Positions 52,581-64,000 of a stretch of 64,000 nt of DNA are shown piece after piece. The position numbers and the translations under genes are program-made. The notes beneath the pieces are model-generated. The model was not told the DNA's origin, did no database searches, and saw nothing but the letters and a program-made list of their open reading frames with translations. Location of the stretch: the NCBI RefSeq assembly GCF_018977255.1, contig NW_024704742.1, forward strand, positions 71,302,001 through 71,366,000. Direction: 5' to 3'. The DNA comes from Callorhinchus milii. Lineage: Eukaryota. Position 1 is the stretch's first letter. Each line of letters starts with the position of its first letter.

Positions 52581-53451
52581 TGATAGCATTGAAGAAGGTA
52601 GACTCATACAAAATTCCAGAAGTTTCAACCTTTTAAAGACCTACAGTCTTTAACTGAACCAAAATTCACATTTGGAGGATGTCTCAAAGAGCTTCACAAG
52701 ATTTACTGTAAAAATGTATTTTGCAAGCAAACAGTGGTGGAGGTACTGCCATCAAGATTTCCATTCACAGGCTTTGCCGATGCTCCAGTGCAGTATTGGG
52801 TGGGGGACATCTATTTTGTCAAACTGTCTCTCTTTCGGATCAGATGTTAAACCAAAGGGATGTCCTATCTGTCCGTGGACAACAATATTACATTTGTATA
52901 GCACTTTTCACATCAGGAGGATGTCCCAATGTTAAAGATCCCATGATGATTATTTGTGAGCCAAATTGAGGAAGAAGGGGAAGTGTGAACAAATATTCAA
53001 AATAAGGACATTTAAAACAAATAGAAAGTGGAAGATAAATATTTTTAGTAAATGGATGAGAGGTGTGTGGAACTGACCACCAGGTAGTGGAACAAGGAAC
53101 TACTGTACTAAAGGTTTCAGAAAGGAAGTGGACCATCTATGGTGAGGCCTGCTACCTCGTCTTAGTAGGTGAGAGCATTGTATCTTAAAATCGTATAGAA
53201 TTGTGAAAAATTCTTCAATTCAGACTTAATTTGGAAACTCAGTTCACTTTTTAAGAACCGCAGAGAATGGCTTCCTGAATTGAGGCTGAAATGAATCATT
53301 TTGCACCATTCAGCCCAAATTGTAAAGACCAAATGGAATTTTGGACCACAAACATCTACCTTTGACTAAAATTGTTATTGCAGTGTATTTTATTGCTCTT
53401 TCTGTGGTCTTTTCAGCTGCAAGAGGGCTGGAAATATCAATAACCACCGCA

Positions 53452-53709
53452 ATGAATTCAGGGAAGTCCTTGCCTGAGAAACGGAGCAGCGACAATGAGA
53501 GAGCCTATGCTTCCACTGGCACAAGACAGCCGCCTCGAATCCTCGTGGTGGATGTTACACCTCCCTTTTGGTCAGACATTTGCACTTGCATCTGTGAAGC
53601 CCTGGAAAATTTCTTTGCGTTGGCTTGCAGTTTGGGAGGACCGCCTCGGCTCCCACTGCTCAGTTTGTATGTGGTCCATAATCAGCAAGAATGCCTTCTT
53701 CCTTTTGTG
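53452..53709 (+). CDS. M1AP: Meiosis 1 associated protein, first coding exon (exon begins at 53417 after tttcag)
   Basis: MNSGKSLPEK...QPPRILVVDVTPPFWSDICTCICEALENFFALACSLGGPPRLPLLSLYVVHNQQECLLPFV matches the recalled human M1AP N-terminus (QPPRLLIV...WADICTNLCEALQNFFSLACSLMGP...ECILPFV). Acceptor at 53415-16; phase-0 GTATGT donor at 53710. Confidence 0.95.
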
Positions 53710-55340
53710 GTATGTTACACTCAGCTGTGCATCTGGGTTTTGTTTCACTACCTGTCTTGAATGTGACTGAAAACTTCAACATTGAGGGAATTCAAATGTA
53801 TGAATATTTATTCATTTAACTGTAATGCTGCTGTTCTGCAATGGGGGAGGAAGATTTACCTGGAGGATTGTTGAGCAGGATGCTCGGAGAAACTCCCTTC
53901 TCATTTCCAATCCTGTCACATGATCTTTAGTAACATAATAATATTCCTTGCATTTGATAGAGCACGTTATCATGTCTTCAAGACGTCTCAAACCGCTTCA
54001 CAGAATATACTGTAAAGTGAATTGACTGTATATTTTGTGGGCGAAACACGGCAGCTATTTGTGCACAGCAGTGTCCCACAAACAGTCGTGGATTGAGTGA
54101 CCAGATCATTCTTTTTTTGATGGGATTATTACCCCCGGAAATGCAATCCGCCAATCGACTAACAACCGGGTTCCTACTTACACAGTCGTGAATTGAGTGA
54201 CCAAATTATTATTTATTTTTAATGTTAATCTGAACAGTACAGATGTGATGGCCCCTTGATTTAACATCTCATCTAAAAGACAGAGGTCTCCGACAAAATA
54301 CTCTGACAATACAGCACTCCCTCCCCCTCCCCGCAATACTGCACTGGAACATCAGGCGAGACTTTGAGTTAAGTCTTTTCAGTCTTTTGTAGCTGATTCC
54401 CAAACATTGTGCTGCCATCTTTGAATTTTCGACACCAATGGAGATTTGAGATCTTGAAGGCCTCAATTGAGACATGGTGACAGGACATTGACCACGTGAA
54501 TATCCTCTTACAGTTGCACTCAAATGCCAGCCTTGATATTGCCCAAGGAATTTTCTTCCCTCCTTTCCAATAGGGAGTTACAAAGCCACACACCTCCAGA
54601 TATGTTTCCTCCCCTCCATTATACACAGCATTCATTATAGTTAAATAAGCTGTTTTTGTGAATTTCAGTTCCTTATGTTACAGTTTGGGTTGATAGGGAA
54701 GAAAGGGAGATGCTGAGTGTTTGTGTGTGTGTTGGGGGGGAGGTGGGGAGCACAGTGTGTAAGATGCTAAATGGGAATGAGAAAGTAAACCCAGAACAAC
54801 AACCAAGTATTTACCTTTATGTATTTGGGAGGACATCTTAAAGCACTTCGAATTGCTGACTAGGTGAGATATGTGAAGTCCTGCAGCGTAGTGTTTAGCG
54901 CGCTCACCTTGCAAGTGAGAATACCCGGGTTCGATTCCCAGGCAGGGCGAAACCGTAGGTAAATTTCCTTACTCCACATGCCTCTGTTTACCCAGCAGTA
55001 AGTAGGAACCTAGGTTAGTCGATTGACAGATCAATTTCCAGCAGTAATAATCCCTTAAAATAATTTGATCACTCAATCCAGCTTCAGATAAACCCAGACA
55101 GCAGGACAAAATAGTACATGTTGAAGTATGAAAAGGAGAGAGCAGTTCACCAGCCTGTTGTCTTGCCTAGGGTGGGGACAGGGGTAGAGGGTAGTGTGCT
55201 GTTGGGGCAGGGGTAAAGCAGAGGTGGAACCTCAAGAGGAGAAAACAAACAAAAAAATTGCATAGGACATTTTAATTGTATTGTTTCTGTACACTGTAGT
55301 TAAGTTGTGCTTTCTCAAACATTGTTCTCTTCTGGAACAG

Positions 55341-55526
55341 CAAGTGAAAGGGAACTTTCCCAGGCTCCACTCCTGTGTCACTGAGCTAAGATCCATGCCA
55401 AAAGAGGGCTGTTTACGCCAAAAGCCAGACTCTCTAAAACACGCCGTAGAGGATGGTCTCCTGCAGTTTAAGCAGTACATGAGGCATTTGACGGTGGGAG
55501 GATCTCTCAACAACTGTTCAGTGGAG
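55341..55526 (+). CDS. M1AP: M1AP coding exon 2
   Basis: acag|QVKGNFPRLHSCVTELRSMPKEGCLRQKPDSLKHAVEDGLLQFKQYMRHLTVGGSLNNCSVE|GTGAGC. 186 nt, phase 0-0; matches human QVKGNFARLQTCISELR...AVEDGLQQFKQY. Confidence 0.95.
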
Positions 55527-56213
55527 GTGAGCCATTCAGATTTAAAAATGATGTTATTGAAACAGAAGCTCCGAAATTCATCTCGTCTCAGCCTGTGAGA
55601 ATGTTTTGTAGTCAAATTTCAGATAATAATAATAATCCTTGCTTTGGATATAGCGCCTTATCACATCGTTGAGATGTCTCAAAGCGCTTCACGGAATATA
55701 TCGTAAATTGAACTCACTGCGTTTTTTGTGTGTGAAATTAGGCAGCTAATCTGGGATTGAGTGACCACATTATAATTTTTGGGGGTGGGGGGGGGGACAG
55801 GATTATTACGCTCTGTTAGCGATCCGCCGATCGACTAACAACACTCATTTTCAAATCCCTCCCCCTCCCCTTTTTCAAGTCCCACCTGAAAACCTCTTCC
55901 GCCCCCACCCCGGGTTCAGAGTTGGGCTCTCAACACTCTGAGATGGAGGTTGCTATATAAGTGCAAGTTGTTGTTGTTCCTACTTACTGCTAGGTAAACG
56001 AAGGCATCTGGAGTATTTTGGAAGCTGTGTTGAGTAAGGATAGTTGCCTAAGGTTTTGACCTGCCCGGGAATTCAGATGACACAGAATTACGAGGAAAAG
56101 ATCACTTTTGTTGAGTTCATATGCTATCCCACCTTGGTGTCTTGATCCATGAGCCAGCAAGTCCAATGGCGGCATAGGTTAGCTTGACGTTCAACCATTT
56201 TGATAATGTTGAT

Positions 56214-56580
56214 ATGGAGTCCTGTAGAGTATTGGTTAGAGCACTGGCCTCGCAAGAGAGGAAGTGGGAGGACCCATGTTTGATCCCCAGGCATGGCGAA
56301 ACCTTAGGGAAGGTTTCTTACTCTACACTCCTCTGTTTACCTAGCAGTAGCTAAGAACCCGGTTGGCAGATTTCTTTACGGGGGTAATGATCCCTCTTTT
56401 TAAAAAAATATTTGTACACTCAATCTAAGAATGTTTGTAGAACACTGCTGTGCGCAATTGGCTGCCGAGTTTCACCAACAAAATATGCAGTTAATTCACA
56501 ATATATTCTGTGAAACACTTTGAGATGTCTCAACGATGTGATATGGCACAATATCAGCTGCATGGATTATTATTATTATG
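56214..56580 (+). mobile_element. SINE family A, full length (other copies at 24778-25083 -, 31318-31600 -, 53935-54215 -, 54872-55082 +, 57165-57368 +)
   Basis: GGAGTCCTGTAG head through (TTA)n tail. Confidence 0.85.
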
Positions 56581-57716
56581 TTGGGGGTTGGTGAGGGGGT
56601 GGAGGAACCAAATGTTAACATTGTTTAGCAGCAGGCCTGAAATTCGATCCTAGTTGTAGTCTTAACACGTCTTAAAATGTAAGATTGCACAAAATTGTGC
56701 TACTAAATTCTGTCTAAATTTTGGGAGCTGGTTTTCCTCATTTCTCAACAAGAACATCTTCCAAATTAAGACTAAATCTGAGGATTTTCCACAATTTCAA
56801 GACAATAATTTTAACATTAACATTAAAATTTTGTCAATTCTAAAATAATCTTACAGGTTAAACCGCATTTCGGGCCAAATGTTTTAATTATTACAGGTCA
56901 TATATTACATTGTTATATGTACAACAATGCCTTTACAACAACAACTTGCATTTATATAGCGCTGCTCCCAGAGCACTTAGCACAAAGCCGAGCCAGGGCA
57001 AGTGGTGATATAATAACTTTTAATTACAATAGCTTGCTGTGTATTATCTATAGGTTTATAAAGATTATTCACAAAACAAATCAGCATTTAAGTTATAAAG
57101 ACCATTTTGGCTTAAAATTTATCACCATACAGAATTGTGAAAAATCCTGAAATGTAAGATCGGCGTTGAGGTCTGTAGCGTATTGGTTAGAGAACACGCC
57201 ACGCAAGTGAGAGGGCCTGGGTTTGATTCCCGGGCAGAGCGAAATGTTAGTCCTTACTCCACACACCTCTGTTTACCTAGTAGTAAGTAGGAACCTGATT
57301 GTTAGTCGATTGGATTGCTTTTCCGTGGGGTAATAATCCATTAAAAAAAACAAAGGATTATTATTATTTTGGAAAAGACCAAAATTCTACTTAATTTGGA
57401 AGCTGCTTTGCTGCAGTTAATGTTTTATGCAGTGGAAACCAGTCTTCAAATTAAAACCGCATCGAAATTTCCAAACATCTGTACAATCTTCCATTTTAAG
57501 ACGATGATTTTAAAAGCAATGGTCTGCCTCTCAAACTTCTGCCAAAGTGCCAGGCTCTAGTCTGTCATCAACATTGCCCTGGAGCACTGCAGCATTGCCT
57601 GGCTCAGGTAACACTCACTGCCTCAACTCAATCTCAAGCACCTAAAGCAAAGTACACGGGGAAGAAAATTCCAAGGAAGAAAGTAAACATTTTACAATTT
57701 CATCATCTTACAGGAA

Positions 57717-58790
57717 AGCAACAACAACAACAAAATTACATTTGTTTAGCGCCTTTCACGTCAGGAGGATATCCAAAGGCACTGGCAATCAGTGTTTCGG
57801 ACCCGAACTGGGGCTCGGGATCGTCTAGGGTGGGGGAAGGAGGGTGATCAAAGGCACAGTCGAAGAGGGGTGGTGTGGTCATGAAGCCTGGTGTGGGAGA
57901 GGACACAGGCTGCAGAGTTCTAGATGAACTGCAGTCTATGGAGGGAGGAGTTGGGGAGGCCGACAAGCAGGAGTTTGGATAGTCAAGCCTGGATGGTCAA
58001 GCCTGGATGTTATGAATGCGTGTATGAGGGTTTCAGCAGCAGTGTGGATCAAGGCACGGATGTGGGGTAGAAAGCATAGTTGAGGGTCAAACAAGACGCC
58101 AAACAAGACGTCAAACAAGTTTCCGGAATGCCTTATCAAGGTGGTGTGTGCAACCATGGATGGTGATGCTGTCAGAGCCTGAGGTGTGGAGGCGCTGACA
58201 GGAGCCAATCAGGAGGGCCTCAGTCTTGTTGACATTCAACTGAAGAAAGTTTGCTCTCATCCAGGACTTGATATCTGACAGACATTCTGTTAGGACAGCA
58301 GTGGTCCCTGGAGTCAAGGATGGAGGCAGAGAGATAGCTTTGGATGTCATCTACATACATGTGGAAGTTGACCCCATTTCTGCGGATGACGTCAGCAAGA
58401 GGGAACATATAGGTATTGAAGAGGAGGGGACCAAGGACAGAGCCCTGAGGCACGCCATACGAGACAGTGCAGGGCCTAGAGGAGAAGCCATTTGTGGAGG
58501 TGAAGTGGAGACGGTGTGAGAGATACAATCTGAACCATTCAAGGACAGAACCATGAAGGTTGAGGTGAGAGGAGAGGTGGTGGAAGAAGATAGAGTGATC
58601 AACGCTGTCAAAAGCAGTAGAGAGGTCAAGGAGGACGAGGAAGCAGAGGGAGCCCTGGTCGCAGATGGACAAAATGTCATTTTCATTGTGACCAGAGCTG
58701 TTTCTGTGCTGTGGGCGGCACGGAAGCCCGATTGGAAGTGTTGGTGAAGGGCGTGGTGGGAGAGTAAGGAGGGAAGCTGGGAAGGAACGA
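57717..58790 (-). mobile_element. L2 LINE RT/3' region in an M1AP intron
   Basis: LLDLSTAFDSVDH, GVPQGSVLGPLLF, YVDD, DIKSWMRANFLQLNVNKTE; (CAA)n tail at ~57720. Confidence 0.9.
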
Positions 58791-59182
58791 CTCATTCCAG
58801 CACCTTGTAGAGGAAAGGGAGGTTGGATATGGGGCGGTAATTTAAGAGTAGGAATGATCACCAAGGTAGCTGACCAGGCTCTCAAGGCAGGGTAGAGGAG
58901 AACAGCAAAGATAATCTCCAATTTTAGAAAGATTAATTATGAAGAAAGACTTGATAGACTAGGACTCTTCACCCTTGGAAATAGTATGTGCAAGAGCTGT
59001 TAAGTAAGATATGTGGGATTGATAAAGTAAATGCAGAACGTTCAAAAAATTAAGACAAACCAGGCACAGTTTCCAGATCATGGAGAGTGGCTTTGGGGTG
59101 TTGGACAATTTAATGCTGGAATTGCAAAGTTCACACAGTGATATGAACGCCACAAGTGATGCCCCACCACCACCATCACCCC

Positions 59183-59216
<34 letters not shown>

Positions 59217-59669
59217 AAGCTCCTCTGCCAGCTCCATTTTTCGAAGCTATTCTCACAACTAGGCCCAAGCAAGGAACTTCAAGCAAGGAGAAAAAGCATT
59301 TCTGGGCCAAGCAGAGTGAGAATTTGGCTGCTTCTCAGCAGATCCAGCCCAGAGAATAACTCATAAACCGCACTCTCTAGGCCTGCAATATAAAAACAAA
59401 GTCACTTGTTGAAGAAAAATAGTGCAATATAGTTAGATTGGGGTTTGGGGATGGGAGGAGAGAGATCCTGACATCTAGTAGTCATTGAGTGTTGACCAAT
59501 GTTGACGATTGTTCATTGTTGACTATTAACCACTGTTTAATGTGAATCTTCAATTTTTTTAATCTTACACTAAATACCGCAAATTGTGGCATTAAATTAT
59601 TGAACTCAGCAAATTTCACCCTAGCCTGTAAGTTTTTCATACCCCATGGTTTATCTTCTGTCAATTCAG

Positions 59670-59853
59670 ATTACCGTACTGACCAGTCAACCAGGAAAAC
59701 GAGTGGTGAAGGAGCTGGAGTCAGGGCTGAATGAAACAGACATGGTTAGCCTCAGGCGGTTGCAGGTCCTCCAGATCTCGAAGTGTAATCCAATGGAATT
59801 GATGGACATGGAGTCAAGCACAGCCCTCAGCAGCGAAGACAATAATCCTGAAG
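59670..59853 (+). CDS. M1AP: M1AP coding exon 3
   Basis: ttcag|ITVLTSQPGKRVVKELESGLNETDMVSLRRLQVLQISKCNPMELMDMESSTALSSEDNNPE plus G|GTCTGT. Matches human ITILTSQPGKEVVKQLEEGL; ends in phase 1. Confidence 0.92.
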
Positions 59854-62800
59854 GTCTGTGTTTACTATAATCTGTTACCCATAGACTCTTATTATATTTA
59901 TTTTAGTACAAGGGATGTTTCCTTTCTATTTGCCTTGCCTTGAGTATTGCATCTTTCCCCCCACCCACTTCCACCTTGTTCATTTATAACAATATATTTA
60001 ACTCTCTTTTTTTGGAAAGAAGGAAGGAATCTGTAATGTTTGTGTTACTGTCTGTTTATTTATGACCATTGCATTGGGTAATGTAGCAGAAATGATTCGC
60101 GCATCCCGCCCCCTTACCCCCTCTAAGCTTGATCACATTGCACATTCTGATTTATGTGTAAAAAAAAGGTCCTGAAGCGAGTTGTTTAAAGGCATTTGTT
60201 CTGGATTTGTTTTCTTTGGACTGAAAATGAAAGGTCAGTCTCTTTATGGGAAAGCCACAGTCTATAACTCAAGAAATATTTTTAAGTGCTTGAGAATGTG
60301 TCTAAGTAACTAAAATGAGTTGCCATTCCTGGACATCTTTTCCCCCTCTTTCTCTCTTACCTTTTCCCTCCCCTTGATTACCATCGCTGCTTATCACAAC
60401 ACTGCATTCAAGTCAACAGTCAGTCAACTACAACCTTCCCACACCTGAAATGCATTATGTGTTAAGATCATTGTCTGAAAGTTTAAGGTCATGCAGAATT
60501 TTAGAAGTTTTAAATTTAGTTGTAATTTGACAGCTGTTTTATTCGGTGTTCTTTCTATATATGAAAAAAACTGCTTCCAAATTAAGACTAGACTTCAGAA
60601 TTTTTCCAATACTCTGTACAGGCTTAAAATTTTACACTGATTGTTTTAAAGCTGAAACCATGTGTGTTTGGGTCAAACGTACGGTGAGATATTACACTGG
60701 TTGTCCTAGTTGTGTGAATTGCCTCAGTGTTGCAGAATAGCTGAATGGTTAGTGTTGCTGGACCGTGATATGGAATATGTGCAACAAAACATCTTGGTTG
60801 TATTAAGATGCATTAATTAATACATCAGGAAATAGTTGCGTACATTATATACAGTCCTGTGAAAAACCCTTGCGTTGTTACAAAGACACCCCCTGTTATT
60901 AAGTTCCAGATTGCAATGGGAAAGACGCGCAGCCAAAAGGGCACCAATCTGTAAATTAACTAACTGCTTTCTATCCGCTTTGCGTCATCTTTCCCTTGCT
61001 GATTTTAGCAGCACTGCATTGTACTCTTGAGGTATTGTTGGATCATTTTTTCGGGGATAATAATCCCTTCAAAAAATCAATAATAATTTGGTCACTCAAT
61101 CCAGGATTGTTTGTTGGACACTGCTGTGTGCAATTGGCTGCAGCGTTTCGCCCACAAAATATACACACAGTCAATTAACTGTATATTCTTTGAAGCGCTT
61201 TGAGATGTCTCGAAGATGTGATAAGGTGCTATATCAAATCCAAGGGTTATTATTATTAATCATAATCCTTGTTTTGACACACTATCTATAATGTTGAAAT
61301 GTCACAAAGCGCTTCACAGGGATTTACAGTACTGCCAAGGGTAATGATTCTGTAGTTTGTATGTAAATGAGGCAGCCAATTTATGCACAGCAAGATCCCA
61401 CAAATTGCCCTGAGATGAATGAGTGATTTCTCTGGAGGATTGTTGGCTAGGACACCGGTAGAAACTCCCTTTTTTTTTACAATAATGTTGCATGATGTTT
61501 AACATCTGTCTGGGCAAAGGGGACCTCTGTTTAATATTTCATCTGAAGGACAGCATGTCTGACAATGCAGTGCTCCCCCAGAACTTACTGGAGTGTCAGC
61601 CTGAACAGTGAGTTCAGTCCTTATGTGAGACTTGAATCTACAATTTTCTGACCTAGTGAGAAATGCTTGGCCCTCATGCTGACATCATCATGGAGGCCTT
61701 GACCCACTAGGCTTTTAAGGACATCATTATTTTGAATAGATGAGGGTCACTAAGAAATATGAGCTGAAATAGGAAAGCGTAAGATCTACCTGTAAAAGCA
61801 ATTTGCATTTACATTGTGCATTTTATGCAGGATAACATCACAAAGTTTCTTACAAAAACAATGGGGATCAGTCAACAGAGAGAAGAGGAGGGAGAGGTCA
61901 AGAATGTTGGCCAAAGGCATGGCAAGTAAATTCTTTAGAGGTTTTTGAAGGCAAAGGAATTTTGAGGAGAGTGCCAGAAAGCAAGGCATAATGAGTGAAT
62001 GCATAATCAATTGCCTATGGTGGGCCAGAGGGAACAGGTAATACGTGAGAGCCAGAAGAGCACTTGAATTACGAGATGAGTTAAGTCTGAATTATGCAAC
62101 CAGCACTGAAACACAGGAGTCTGGGTAGCACCAGGTTCAAAGGTATTGCTGTCCAACCCAACAATAATAATCCTTGCATTTAATTTAAAAATCAGTGCCT
62201 TTGGACGTCCTTCCGACATGAAAGGCACTATGCAGATGAAATTTTGTATTGTATTTAGCACCTTATGTTATCTCACGGTTTCATAGTTATCATCAAAGTA
62301 AACATCTCCAAAGTTTTATGTCCCAACTTTTTTTAACAAATGAGTGTGTCCAGTTTGTGTATGTACTTCCCAGTGTCTGTCTTGAAATTGCCCTTACATA
62401 CCTGAACCAGTGCCTTGTCCTGCTGCACTGGCCGACCTAAAGGTACTTATCTGAGTTTATTTTCTCTATGCTTGCCAGGAAGTGAGTAATTTTCCCCAAT
62501 AAATAAGCATACTAACTTTTATTTCCTTCTGCCAGTTGGGATAAGGTTTGCGAGGTGATATCTGGTTTAGAAAGGAACTTGTGTGTGATTCTCTATGATT
62601 TGCTTATAGGGCTAAGTACTTTATTGCCCAGTACTTTTCAAACTATTTTTTTACTATGAAAACTTGGCAGCAGTCAACAATTAACACAACAGGCAAGCAA
62701 CAAGAAGGCAACTTCTGGCACAGAAAAAACAGCGAACTTGAGAATCTGAATAAACTGCCAAGACTTATCACTTGTTCCAAAATATTATAAATAATAAAAA

Positions 62801-63109
62801 CTCCCTAATCCCATTCCTCGTCACCTATCAGGAAACTTGTGATTTAGTGTTGGTTACTTTTGATGTTCTTTTCAAAGGAAAGTTTTTCCTTATTTACAAC
62901 TTAATGTGGTATTTGCTGCCTGGTAACTGGAAGTGCATCAGTCCAACCCGTAAGAAACTTCTCTGTGCAAGTGGATCTCATTGGAACTGTTCTGAATAGC
63001 ACCTTTCCAGTTTCCGTCAGGACTCGCTATTCATATTTCAGGCCTGCTATTTAATGAATCCAGTTAGCAAACACCTAACAACAACTTGCACTAATATAGT
63101 GTTTTTCAC

Positions 63110-63535
63110 AATAACAACAAAATTACATTTGTATAGCGCCTTTCATGTTGGGAGGATGTCTCAAAGCGCTGAACAATCAGAGTTCAGACCCGAGCTGGGG
63201 GGTTGCGATTGGGTGATCGAAAGCACGGTCAAAGAGAAGGGTCTTGAGATGGGTCTTGAAGAAGGCAAGGGAGGGGGTGAGGCAGAGGGACTGCTGGATG
63301 GAGTTCCGGAGGATGAGGGCAGAGTGGGTGAAGACAGGTCCACCAATGGTGAGGCGGGCAAGACGGGGGATGTGAAGCAGGCCAGAGCCCGCTGAGCGGA
63401 GGGAGCGAGCAGGATGGTAGGGCGTTAGGAGGTCACAGAGGTAGGGGGAGCAAGACCATGAAGGGCTTTGAAGGTGAGGACCAGGATCTTGAACTGTATC
63501 CTCTGTGTGATGGGAAGCCAGTGGAGTCGGGCGAT
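63110..63535 (-). mobile_element. L2 3' fragment ending about 40 nt upstream of the M1AP exon-4 acceptor
   Basis: PYLCDLLTPYHPARSLRSAGSGLL...FKTHLKTLLFDRAF on the minus strand. Confidence 0.9.
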
Positions 63536-63576
63536 AGCATCTCAAAACATTTTGACGTAGGTTTTCTTTTGCACAG

Positions 63577-63661
63577 AATGCTCCATCCTCGGGACAGACA
63601 TTGATCTTCAGAATGTTGAGAACATCACTGTCAGTCCTTAACAAGTCCACGTCCCAAACTT
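63577..63661 (+). CDS. M1AP: M1AP coding exon 4, apparently disrupted (in-frame TAA at 63639-63641)
   Basis: ttttgcacag|(E)CSILGTDIDLQNVEN matches human ESSILGTDIDLQTIDN, but the frame then reads ITVSP*. The conserved FFKAWLH...HLLL segment is absent. The 3' boundary is uncertain (possible T|GCAAGC at 63661/2). Confidence 0.8.
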
Positions 63662-64000
63662 GCAAGCTTTGTGTGATGTGTTCATTTGTCGATACCTACC
63701 TTCCAGACTTGCACATCACAAGATTGGTTGCGATGAAGAAGGCCTTCAGACCATTTCATCTCATTCCTTCCAGAATACCTACCCTGTTGCCTTCCCAGCA
63801 CAGAATCAACTGTCCTGACCTCAAGCACTCTTCCTTTCAACCTGTTAGTCATTAATCACCCTCTGGGTAAATAAAAAGCTTCAGGTGTCTGTCATAAGAA
63901 TGAGATAAATAATGGCTAATTGGAAGTGGTGTTCCTTCCTCCCCCCCCTTTATTGGAACTCCCTGTATAAGGCTCATACATGGCAGTGCCTTCTGGAGAG

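Noticed and set aside
53341..53451. N-terminal hydrophobic extension of M1AP in the ORF track
   Set aside because: Mostly intronic polypyrimidine tract upstream of the acceptor at 53416, plus 5' UTR; the first ATG is at 53452.

Overview
Repeat-rich vertebrate genomic DNA, most likely from a cartilaginous fish. The L2/CR1 LINEs, DeuSINE-like and tRNA-derived SINEs and a shark-type Penelope inverted repeat point that way; a holocephalan such as elephant shark is plausible but is inference. Two genes are arranged head-to-head. On the minus strand is the first coding exon of a class-4 semaphorin (probably SEMA4F; perfect Kozak, signal peptide, PRITISY motif) at 35686-35788 in a CpG island; no further exon was found, so its first intron appears to run past the window start. 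On the plus strand are four coding exons of M1AP (53452-53709, 55341-55526, 59670-59853, 63577-~63661). The fourth M1AP coding exon appears to have an internal frameshifting deletion giving a premature TAA, so this meiotic gene may be disrupted or misassembled. Other notable elements: a non-autonomous Helitron with a RepHel-like N-terminal remnant, a decayed non-L2/CR1 (RTE-X-like) LINE, a Penelope-type inverted repeat with a hammerhead ribozyme core, a Tc1/pogo-type MITE, a 43-bp GC-rich VNTR, and a ~1.1 kb nearly pure purine tract beside a second CpG island. Most ORFs in the supplied track are repeat-derived or spurious.
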